Below, in pieces: positions 55,697 to 63,151 of a stretch of DNA of 64,000 nucleotides (position 1 is its first letter; the number at the start of each line of letters is the position of its first letter). A program made the position numbers and the translations under genes. The notes under the pieces were generated by a model. That model did no database searches. It saw only the letters and a list, made by a program, of their open reading frames with translations, and was not told where the DNA came from. Source of the stretch: Lachnospiraceae bacterium (GTDB taxonomy: Bacteria > Bacillota > Clostridia > Lachnospirales > Lachnospiraceae); the NCBI GenBank assembly GCA_022796475.1, contig JAAWIS010000001.1:22219-86218 (forward strand), read 5' to 3'.

Positions 55697-56797
55697 CTAT
55701 TTCAGTTCTTCCCTTGCAGCGGCAAATGCCGATTCAATGACTTTATCCATATCATAATACTTATATTCCCCTAAACGCCCGCCAAACCTTACATTCCTTT
55801 CTTCTTTTGACAGTTTGGCATATTTCTGATAAAGAGCCTGGTTCTTCTCATCATTAACCGGATAATAAGGCTCCATCCCTTCACTCCAGGTAACGGGATA
55901 TTCTTTGGTAATCACTGTTTTCGGCTGGGTTCCAAACTCAAAATGCTTATGTTCAATCACCCTGGTATACGGGATTTCCCTTGCAGTATAATTTACAACG
56001 GCTACCCCTTGATAATTTTCCTCATCCAGACACTGGGTTTCAAACTTTAAGCTCCGGTATTCTAACTTGCCGAACCGGTAACCGTAATACGCATCAATGG
56101 TTCCGGTGTAAATAATCCTCTCCCCAAGACTGTCATAATGGTCTTTCTTTTCCAGATAGTCCACCCCTGTTTCGATATCACATCCTGAAAACAGCTTATC
56201 GATTATCACATTATAGCCGCCAATCGGGATTCCCTGATAGGCATCATTAAAATAATTATTATCATAGGTGTAGCGGACAGGCAGCCGTTTAATAATAAAG
56301 GCCGGAAGATCCCTGCAGTCGCGGCCCCACTGTTTTTCCGTATATCCTTTCACCAATTTTTGGTAAATATCTGTTCCAACCAGGCTGATTGCCTGTTCCT
56401 CTAAATTCTTCGGCTCTCCCGTAATACCCGCCTTTTGTTCCTCAATTTTTGCCTTTGCCTCTGCTGGAGTGGAAACTCCCCACATTTTGCTGAAGGTATT
56501 CATATTAAAGGGCATATTATACATTTCCCCGTGATAGTTTGCCACAGGACTATTGGTATAACGGTTAAACTCTGCAAGCCCATTTACAAAATCCCAAACT
56601 TCTCTGTTGCTGGTATGGAAAATATGAGCGCCATACTGATGCACATGGATCCCCTCCACATCCTCACAGTAAACATTTCCTCCTATATGGCTTCGCTTTT
56701 CCACCACCAGGCACTTTTTCCCCTTCTTTCCGGCCAGATAAGCAAATACTCCGTTATACAATCCGCTTCCCACTAAAATATAATCATACTGTTTCAT
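55697..56797 (-). CDS. glf: UDP-galactopyranose mutase
   Basis: YDYILVGSGLYNGVFAY FAD fold, the GAHIFHT block, and the C-terminal RFGGRLGEYKYYDMD block. Confidence 0.95.
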   Translation of the reverse strand: MKQYDYILVGSGLYNGVFAYLAGKKGKKCLVVEKRSHIGGNVYCEDVEGIHVHQYGAHIFHTSNREVWDFVNGLAEFNRYTNSPVANYHGEMYNMPFNMNTFSKMWGVSTPAEAKAKIEEQKAGITGEPKNLEEQAISLVGTDIYQKLVKGYTEKQWGRDCRDLPAFIIKRLPVRYTYDNNYFNDAYQGIPIGGYNVIIDKLFSGCDIETGVDYLEKKDHYDSLGERIIYTGTIDAYYGYRFGKLEYRSLKFETQCLDEENYQGVAVVNYTAREIPYTRVIEHKHFEFGTQPKTVITKEYPVTWSEGMEPYYPVNDEKNQALYQKYAKLSKEERNVRFGGRLGEYKYYDMDKVIESAFAAAREELK

Positions 56798-56842
56798 GTC
56801 CTCTTCTCCTTTTCATCTGGCTTGGTTCTGATACTGACCTTT

Positions 56843-56871
56843 ATTTTACTATAATTTCCCTTAACTGTGAA
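56843..56871 (-). promoter_or_regulatory. Candidate glf promoter abutting the IS right end
   Basis: Minus-strand TTCACA (56871-56866), a 17-nt spacer, then TAAAAT (56848-56843). An AAAGGAGAAGAGG RBS lies before the glf ATG. Confidence 0.35.
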
Positions 56872-57060
56872 CTACCCATTGTCTAAAGCCAATGGGCTTC
56901 CTGCTTCATAGACCTCGCTTCTACGTTCCACTCCGGTCGGAGCAGAACAAACGTCCACCGGACGTTTTGCTCCCTACTATCTCCACAGGCGTTAATTCGG
57001 GCTGCACCGTCCCTATTTATATTATGCTATTTGTCTTAGTCCTTCTGCTAAAATATTTTT
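56866..57060 (-). ncRNA. Probable TnpB omega RNA (reRNA) spanning the tnpB 3' end and the right end
   Basis: Inferred from position. In IS200/IS605 elements the guide RNA scaffold is encoded by the tnpB 3' end plus the RE. This region holds several stems (CCGGTCGGAGC..., GTCCACCGGAC, and the RE hairpin). The boundaries are not determined. Confidence 0.4.
56875..56896 (-). repeat. IS right-end hairpin
   Basis: CCCATTG-TCTAAAGC-CAATGGG. It shares the GTCTAAAGCC core with the left-end hairpin. Confidence 0.6.
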
Positions 57061-58125
57061 TGCAGCATTAACATCTCTGTCATGTTTTGCACCACAAACA
57101 GGACATACCCATTCCCTTACAGATAAATTTTTTATTTCTTCATTCTGGTATCCACAAACAGAACACAACTGGCTGCTGGCATAAAATGTATCTATTTTTA
57201 TATACTTCCTCTCATTCCATTTTGCCTTGTACTCTAACTGTCTTGTCAACTCATACCAGGATGCATCTGTAATAGGTTTTGCCAGATGATGATTCTTTAC
57301 CATATTCTTTATCTGTAAGTTTTCTGTAACTATCACTTGGTTTTCGCTGATAATTTTATAAGAAATCTTATGCAGATTATTTTTTCTGGTATTTGTAATC
57401 TTCTCATGGCACAATGCTATCTTTCTTCTCTGTTTATAATAATTATTACTTCCTTTTTCTTTGTGGGATAACTGTCTTTGCAGCTTTGTAAGCTTCTTCT
57501 CATATCTCCTTATAATCTTTGAGTTTTCGTGCCTTTCTCCATCTGACGTAATGCATAAATCTTTGATTCCCAGATCCAGACCTATATTTTTATCCTTATA
57601 CGGCATTTTTACATGTTCGGTTTCCACAAGCACTGACACATAATAGTTTCCACTTGGTACTTGGGATATTGTAGCTGATTTTATTTTTCCTGTAAATTTC
57701 CTGTGCAGTTTTGCTTTTACTGTCTTTAATTTTGGAAGTTTTATTTTCCCATGCTCAAAATCTGCTGCTATATTTCCATTTGTAACATTTGTCGTATAGG
57801 ATTTATGGTTATCATGTTTGCTTTTAAACTTTGGATATCCTGCATGTTCTTTAAAGAATTTCTGGTATGCCGCATCCATATTGTAAATAGCATTTGTAAG
57901 GGCAAACTTATCCACTTCCTTCAGCCACTCATATTCTTTTTTTAATACCCTGTTGCAGTAATTATTGCAGTCTGTCCTGCTGACCGTTTTCTTTTCGTTT
58001 TCGTAAGCATCTTTCCGATATGCCAGTGTCTGGTTATAGACAAAACGGCAGCAGCCAAATGTTTTTGCTATCTGCTCTTTTTGCTTATTGTCTGGATATA
58101 TTCGGTATTTATATGCTTTTAACAT
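57022..58125 (-). CDS. tnpB: TnpB (IS605 OrfB-family RNA-guided endonuclease)
   Basis: [33 protein letters not shown]-terminus. RuvC residues are present: GLDLGIKD (D), VTENL (E) and [11 protein letters not shown] (D). A zinc finger CSVCG...CPVCG is present. Confidence 0.9.
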   Translation of the reverse strand: MLKAYKYRIYPDNKQKEQIAKTFGCCRFVYNQTLAYRKDAYENEKKTVSRTDCNNYCNRVLKKEYEWLKEVDKFALTNAIYNMDAAYQKFFKEHAGYPKFKSKHDNHKSYTTNVTNGNIAADFEHGKIKLPKLKTVKAKLHRKFTGKIKSATISQVPSGNYYVSVLVETEHVKMPYKDKNIGLDLGIKDLCITSDGERHENSKIIRRYEKKLTKLQRQLSHKEKGSNNYYKQRRKIALCHEKITNTRKNNLHKISYKIISENQVIVTENLQIKNMVKNHHLAKPITDASWYELTRQLEYKAKWNERKYIKIDTFYASSQLCSVCGYQNEEIKNLSVREWVCPVCGAKHDRDVNAAKNILAEGLRQIA

Positions 58126-58142
58126 TTGCTGTCACCGCCTTT

Positions 58143-58397
58143 TTATCCTTGATTTTCTATGTATTTTCGCAACATTTCTATCATGTCATGAATATGGTCT
58201 TTGTCCGTTTCCATGTATTTCATAACCACCTTATGTCTTTGGTATATCTCATATGAAAACTGCTTTCTATCATCTGATATTTGCTTTGACGTCAGCAGGT
58301 TCTTCCTGTATTTACACACGAATATTTTGTGATACTGTAATAAATACTTGTGACTGTTTTTTGATTTCCATGTTCCCATGACGCAAGTATAACACAA
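58143..58397 (-). pseudogene. tnpA: IS200/IS605 TnpA (Y1 HUH transposase) with an in-frame internal deletion
   Basis: The N-terminal block YHKIFVCKYRKNLL and the HUH block ETDKDHIHDMIE are joined directly to the C-terminal MLRKYIENQG. A full-length TnpA (IS608 type, about 155 aa) has about 50 residues between HIH and YIENQ. Confidence 0.7.
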
Positions 58398-58410
58398 ACC
58401 ACCACTTTTG

Positions 58411-58454
58411 GCTACCTTAACCCACCGTCTAAAGCCAGTGGGATTGCGGTAGCC
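58411..58454 (-). repeat. IS left-end nested hairpin
   Basis: GGCTACC-TTAA-CCCACCG-TCTAAAG-CCAGTGGG-ATTGC-GGTAGCC. The inner hairpin is the counterpart of the RE hairpin at 56875-56896. Confidence 0.6.
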
Positions 58455-58544
58455 ATTTTTTCAATGTTATCCTCATATATCCGTATATATGACATTTCAC
58501 AGCGTTGCAGACGATTTGTCATCCACCCTGCACCTTCGCTGCAC

Positions 58545-58581
58545 AAAAATGGCAGCCGAAATCATTTCTGATTCGGCTGCC
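58545..58581 (-). terminator. Rho-independent terminator of leuA
   Basis: Minus-strand GGCAGCCGAA-TCAGAAATGA-TTCGGCTGCC (10-bp stem) followed by ATTTTTG. It lies about 130 nt after the leuA stop and just outside the IS left end. Confidence 0.7.
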
Positions 58582-58708
58582 TCATGAAACGTAAGCCCCA
58601 CAGGGCAAATTTTAAATATTTTTAGGATGTGAGAACGCAAAGCAGGGAAAACAATCCCCATACATCAAGGTTTATACTGCCTTTTGGCCCTTACATCAAC
58701 TTGAAGAG

Positions 58709-60376
58709 CTAATAAAAAAGCCGGTTTACTGCGCTGAAAATTCCCCGGATAGAAGCCCGTGTAATGTTAGAACTGATGCCTACCCCGTAAGTTGCTTTTC
58801 CTGTTTTCACATCCAGCACATGGATGTAGGATGCTGCCTGTGCACTGGAACCGGAACTGAGTGCATGTTCGGAGTAATCCATTACGCGAATCTCGATTCC
58901 CAGCTCATCCTCCAGGCCTCTCTGTACTGCATCAATCGGTCCGTTTCCTACGCCTTCAAAGTATTTTTCAATTCCATGAGCCGTATAAGTAACCTTAGCC
59001 AATGTAGCAAATTCTCCATTTCCCACATCTGCATCCGATATCCGGCATTTCCTGAAATGAATCGGCTCTTTCCGATCCAGATAATGTTTCTTAAATTCTG
59101 ACATAATCTGTTCCGGAGCTACCTCGCCCTGCTGTTCTGATATCTTTTGAATTACGTCGGCAAACTCCTTGTGCATTCCCTTAGGAAGCTTAAATCCATA
59201 GAATGTATCCATTACAAACGCTACGCCGCCTTTTCCGGACTGGCTGTTAATCCGTACTACCGGCTCATACTGACGCCCGATATCAGCCGGATCAATGGGA
59301 AGATACGGCACTTCCCAATACTGGCCTCCCCGCTCTTTCAGAGCCTGCATCCCTTTATTGATCGCGTCCTGATGAGAGCCGGAAAATGCAGTAAATACCA
59401 GTTTTCCTGCATATGGGTGACGCGGATGGATATCCATCTTGGTGCACCGCTCATAAACTTCCGTAACCTCTTTTACATTCTCTAAATTTAACTCTGGATT
59501 AATTCCCTGAGAGAACATATTATAAGCCAGGGTTGTAATATCTACGTTCCCGGTGCGCTCCCCATTTCCAAACAGCGTACCTTCCACTCTGTCAGCACCA
59601 GCCAAAAGAGCCAGCTCAGTCGCTCCAATTCCGGTTCCCCTGTCATTATGGGGATGCACGCTTAAAATGATGCTTTCCCTGTTTTTAAAATGGGTATTCA
59701 TCCACTCAATCTGATCCGCATATACATTAGCCGTATTCATCTCTACTGTGGATGGAAGATTAATAATAATCTTTTTCTCCGCTGATGCTCCCCAGGTTTC
59801 CTGAACAGCCGTACAGATCTCCAGAGCAAAGTCAAGCTCTGTTCCTGTAAAACTTTCCGGGGAATACTCCAGCAGAATCTCCCCGTCAAAATCTGCTGCA
59901 TACTTCTGAACTAATTTCGTTCCGATTACAGCAATTTCCTTAATCTCTTCCATATCCTTATGGAATACCACATCTCTCTGCAGAGTAGAAGTAGAATTAT
60001 AGATATGGACAATAGCCTTCTTAATTCCCTTTAACGCCTCAAATGTCCGTTTAATCAAATGCTCACGGCACTGAACCAGCACCTGGACTACTACATCCTC
60101 CGGAATCAGCTTCCGGTCTACCAATTGGCGGAGAAAATCGAATTCAATCTGGGATGCCGCCGGAAATCCCACTTCGATCTCCTTAAAGCCAAGTTTAACC
60201 AGCAGATTAAACATCTCAATCTTTTCTTCCACCACCATGGGTTCCACCAATGCCTGATTTCCATCCCTTAAGTCTACGCTGCACCATACCGGCGCCTTGA
60301 TAATTTCCTTATTCGGCCAGGTTCTTTCCGGGAAATCCACTACGGGAACCCGTTTATATCTTTGATAATTTAACAT
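58709..60376 (-). CDS. leuA: 2-isopropylmalate synthase (long, LeuA type 2 form)
   Basis: N-terminal FPERTWPNKEIIKAPVWCSVDLRDGNQAL, the HPHNDRGTG metal-site block, and the C-terminal LeuA dimerisation/regulatory domain. A GGAGGA RBS is present. Confidence 0.95.
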   Translation of the reverse strand: MLNYQRYKRVPVVDFPERTWPNKEIIKAPVWCSVDLRDGNQALVEPMVVEEKIEMFNLLVKLGFKEIEVGFPAASQIEFDFLRQLVDRKLIPEDVVVQVLVQCREHLIKRTFEALKGIKKAIVHIYNSTSTLQRDVVFHKDMEEIKEIAVIGTKLVQKYAADFDGEILLEYSPESFTGTELDFALEICTAVQETWGASAEKKIIINLPSTVEMNTANVYADQIEWMNTHFKNRESIILSVHPHNDRGTGIGATELALLAGADRVEGTLFGNGERTGNVDITTLAYNMFSQGINPELNLENVKEVTEVYERCTKMDIHPRHPYAGKLVFTAFSGSHQDAINKGMQALKERGGQYWEVPYLPIDPADIGRQYEPVVRINSQSGKGGVAFVMDTFYGFKLPKGMHKEFADVIQKISEQQGEVAPEQIMSEFKKHYLDRKEPIHFRKCRISDADVGNGEFATLAKVTYTAHGIEKYFEGVGNGPIDAVQRGLEDELGIEIRVMDYSEHALSSGSSAQAASYIHVLDVKTGKATYGVGISSNITRASIRGIFSAVNRLFY

Positions 60377-60628
60377 GATTTTTCCTCCATTGTCATTTTG
60401 TGGGTATGGTTTCCATACTCTGAAAACTTCCTGAGTGATACGGCTTCTTTATTGTTTTGTCCTGTTTTCTCTATCCAGCCTTTCCCACAGGCCATGGAGT
60501 CGCTCAATCACGCCATAATGCTTAACAATGAATAACGTGGCCGTTACAGGTCTAACCCCATCTTTCATCATTCCTTTTCTTTTTGATTCCGCCTGCATCC
60601 GTCATCTGCCGCTGCCGCGTTACCATGT

Positions 60629-60657
60629 ATTATAGCACATGCTGCTTTTCATAGCAA
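60629..60657 (-). promoter_or_regulatory. leuA promoter
   Basis: Minus-strand TTGCTA (60657-60652), a 17-nt spacer, an extended -10 TGC, then TATAAT (60634-60629). It leaves a ~245-nt leader. Confidence 0.6.
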
Positions 60658-60682
60658 TCTTTTTGTTTTGCTTAGCTTTTAC

Positions 60683-62035
60683 TTAGTCAAAATGCCCCCG
60701 CTCTTTCATGACCTTGATTACCTGGTCTGCACATTCCCCGCAGGTTTCCAGGGAAGCGGCTTCTACCATTACCCGGACTACCGGCTCCGTCCCGGACTGG
60801 CGCAAAAGAATTCTTCCGTTATCTCCCAGGGATTTCGCTACCTTTTCTACTTCTGCCTGGACAGCCGGATCATCTTGTGCTTCTTTTTTATCTTTAACCC
60901 TTACGTTTTTCAGCACCTGGGGATAAATTGACACTTCTGAGGCCAGTTTTTTCAGTGTCTGTTTTTTCTCCAGAATCACTTCCATCACCTTTAGGGAAGT
61001 TAAAATACCATCGCCTGTGGTTGCATGTTTGCTGAAAATAATATGCCCGGACTGCTCGCCTCCTAATCCGTGGCCGTAAACCGACATGTTTTCATATACG
61101 TATTTATCGCCGACTGCTGTTTTCTCGTAATGAATCCCTTCTCGTTCGAACGCTTTATATAAGCCAAAATTTGACATAACTGTAGTTACTACCGTATTAT
61201 GAGGCAGCATCCCCTGCTCCTTCATATACTTGCCGCAGATATACATAATCACGTCGCCGTCTACCAGATTTCCTTCTGCATCCACTGCCAGGCAGCGGTC
61301 TGCATCGCCGTCATAGGCAAATCCCACGTCGCAGCCCTTCTCCACCACATATTCCTTTAAGTATTCAATGTGGGTGGAGCCGCAGTTTGTATTGATATTA
61401 ACACCATTGGGCTCATTATTGATTACATGGGTTTCTGCCCCTAATGCATCAAACACATTTTTTGCAATCGCTGACGCGCTTCCGTTTGCGCAGTCTAATG
61501 CTACTTTCATATTTTTAAAAGAACGAGTGGCAATTGAGATCAAATATCCGATATAGCGGTTTCTGCCGGCTGCAAAATCCGTGGTTCTGCCAATATGTTC
61601 CCCTCTCGCCAAAGGAATCTGCCCCATCTCCCCGTCCAGGTAGCATTCAATTTTTTCAATCACACTTTCTTCCAGCTTTTCTCCGTTTTCATTAATCACT
61701 TTTATTCCATTATCATAAAATGGATTATGGCTGGCAGAGATCATAATACCGCAGTCAAAGCCTTCTGTCCGCACCACATAAGATACGCTGGGCGTTGTGG
61801 TAACATGAAGCAGGTAAACGTCCGCTCCGGAAGCAGTAAGCCCAGAAACCAGAGAATACTCAAACATGTAGCTGCTTCTCCTGGTATCCTTTCCGATTAC
61901 CACCCGGCAGCGCCTGTCAGAATCCTTCTGGCCGTAATACCAGCCTAAAAACCGGCCTACCTGATATGCGTGCTCTACCGTCAAATCCACATTAGCCTCG
62001 CCCCGGAAGCCATCTGTTCCAAAATATTTTCCCAT
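60683..62035 (-). CDS. glmM: Phosphoglucosamine mutase
   Basis: MGKYFGTDGFRGEAN N-terminus, the active-site block SASHNPFYDNGIK, and the GDGDADR and GGEQSGH blocks. An alternative ATG lies 9 nt upstream (62044). Confidence 0.95.
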   Translation of the reverse strand: MGKYFGTDGFRGEANVDLTVEHAYQVGRFLGWYYGQKDSDRRCRVVIGKDTRRSSYMFEYSLVSGLTASGADVYLLHVTTTPSVSYVVRTEGFDCGIMISASHNPFYDNGIKVINENGEKLEESVIEKIECYLDGEMGQIPLARGEHIGRTTDFAAGRNRYIGYLISIATRSFKNMKVALDCANGSASAIAKNVFDALGAETHVINNEPNGVNINTNCGSTHIEYLKEYVVEKGCDVGFAYDGDADRCLAVDAEGNLVDGDVIMYICGKYMKEQGMLPHNTVVTTVMSNFGLYKAFEREGIHYEKTAVGDKYVYENMSVYGHGLGGEQSGHIIFSKHATTGDGILTSLKVMEVILEKKQTLKKLASEVSIYPQVLKNVRVKDKKEAQDDPAVQAEVEKVAKSLGDNGRILLRQSGTEPVVRVMVEAASLETCGECADQVIKVMKERGHFD

Positions 62036-62173
62036 CGCTTTCATTCCTTTCAGCCTTCCCTTTTTGTCATGGTTCCAAAGGGAATTATTTGTTTCCTGTA
62101 GCTGTAAAAGAACCTCACAGCCACCTTCTGCTTTACTCCTGCCAGCCTTTTAATAATCAGGCCTTTCCGGCTC

Positions 62174-62202
62174 ATTTTACCAGCCGGCTTCTATCCTGTC
62201 AA
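62174..62202 (-). promoter_or_regulatory. glmM promoter
   Basis: Minus-strand TTGACA (62202-62197), a 17-nt spacer, then TAAAAT (62179-62174). The leader is about 125 nt. Confidence 0.6.
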
Positions 62203-62296
62203 GAAAATTGCATACAGAACCCCAGCCCTTTTGATCCGGAGGCTGTGAACAGCATCGAGAATATATCATATGCCTTACTGCTGCAGAAAAGAAAAT

Positions 62297-62336
62297 GATA
62301 TCAAAAATAGCCTTTTTTAAGGTCATTTTTGATATC
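62297..62336. repeat. Perfect 12-bp inverted repeat (terminator-like)
   Basis: GATATCAAAAAT, a 16-nt spacer, then ATTTTTGATATC. Read on the minus strand it is followed by the T-rich ATTTTCTTTTC. Confidence 0.5.
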
Positions 62337-62481
62337 GCCATTATCTTGTCTGGTTTTTCCAGAAAATTTGCTTTATAATAAGGAGTACAATCTTACATGG
62401 ATGGATTATTTATCAAGATCCGTTCAGTACAACCTCCATAATAGGCTGCAACTTCTAAAATCAAAGTGAATTCAGCCTATG

Positions 62482-62520
62482 GCAGTTGAATGCAGGCTTG
62501 CTTCGCCTGCATTCAACTGC
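62482..62520. repeat. Very strong orphan hairpin (16-bp perfect stem)
   Basis: GCAGTTGAATGCAGGC-TTGCTTC-GCCTGCATTCAACTGC. It is preceded by a second inverted repeat, ATAGGCTG (62441-62448) / CAGCCTAT (62473-62480). No intact gene lies on either side. Confidence 0.55.
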
Positions 62521-62677
62521 TTTCCTTATCACCTCAAAATGCGTAACAGCTATCATGGATTTTTCAGTACTTCTAATGTTTCTCCATAAACAATCTGTTC
62601 CAAAAGACCTGGTTTTCCATCTACTGTTTTGTTTCTTTATTTTTTGACTATGCGCCTGTTTTTGGAATCATACTTTC

Positions 62678-63151
62678 TCTATGCCTTCGCATCAGCCTCT
62701 GCACAATTTAACAGCGCTTTCAGATAGCCTAGAGAGTAAGCTGCAGAGGAATCTTTTCCCCCGCAGGATTTTACATACTCCGGCACATGATCCACACACA
62801 TCAGGCCGTCATATCCGCTGGCCACAAACTGCCGCATTACATGGTACATATCCATGTAGCCATCCTCAATCAGCGTTTCTTCAAAGCATGGGACACTGCC
62901 GCTTACATATTTCTCACCGCCGCCTCAAATTCCTGCTCCGTATTTACAAAGCTGTATGGTTCATACTCACCATATGCAGATGGTCGGCTGATCACTACAA
63001 GCTGAATCTTATCGTATCCTACAGATTCCATAAGTCTTGTTTCAAAATCCACCAGATGGGGGCCATGTTCTGTCTGCAGAGCCACACAGCCCAAATCACC
63101 AAACTTCTTCGCAATCAGATAGCACATGTCCAAGCATCTCCTTAAACTCAT
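62678..63151 (-). pseudogene. Truncated and frameshifted TIM-barrel sugar isomerase/dehydratase-like gene remnant (UxuA-like C-terminal part)
   Basis: The ORF 63151-62903 (...[24 protein letters not shown]...YSFVNTEQEFEAAVRNM*) continues after a frame change as YVSGSVPCFEETLIEDGYMDMYHVMRQFVASGYDGLMCVDHVPEYV...AAYSLGYLKALLNCAEADAKA* (stop at 62678). The block ...F.ET..D.G..DMY.VM......GYDG....DH.P resembles the C-terminus of mannonate dehydratase-like TIM-barrel proteins. About 200 N-terminal residues are missing. Confidence 0.4.

Larger units (their letters stand above)
56866..58470 (-). mobile_element. IS200/IS605-family element (tnpA remnant + tnpB). The ends are approximate.
   Basis: tnpA-like and tnpB ORFs lie in tandem. 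Related subterminal hairpins flank them: CCCACCGTCTAAAGCCAGTGGG (58421-58442, nested in GGCTACC...GGTAGCC 58411-58454) and CCCATTGTCTAAAGCCAATGGG (56875-56896). The element is visibly AT-richer than its flanks. Confidence 0.8.

Noticed and set aside
60611-60626. TGGTAACGCGG on the minus strand, resembling the T-box core UGGUACCGCG.
   Set aside because: It sits at the extreme 5' end of the leuA leader, right after the -10 element. A T-box core should sit at the 3' end next to a terminator. No stem I or specifier features were found, so it is probably coincidental.
62397-62441. 14-aa micro-ORF (MDGLFIKIRSVQPP) with an AAGGAG and a TATAAT upstream and the strong hairpins downstream. This would be a possible leader peptide or small gene on the plus strand.
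   Set aside because: The TATAAT (62374-62379) directly abuts the AAGGAG (62380-62385). A transcript from that promoter would therefore lack the RBS. There is no good -35 and no conservation evidence. It is left as part of the orphan-hairpin observation.
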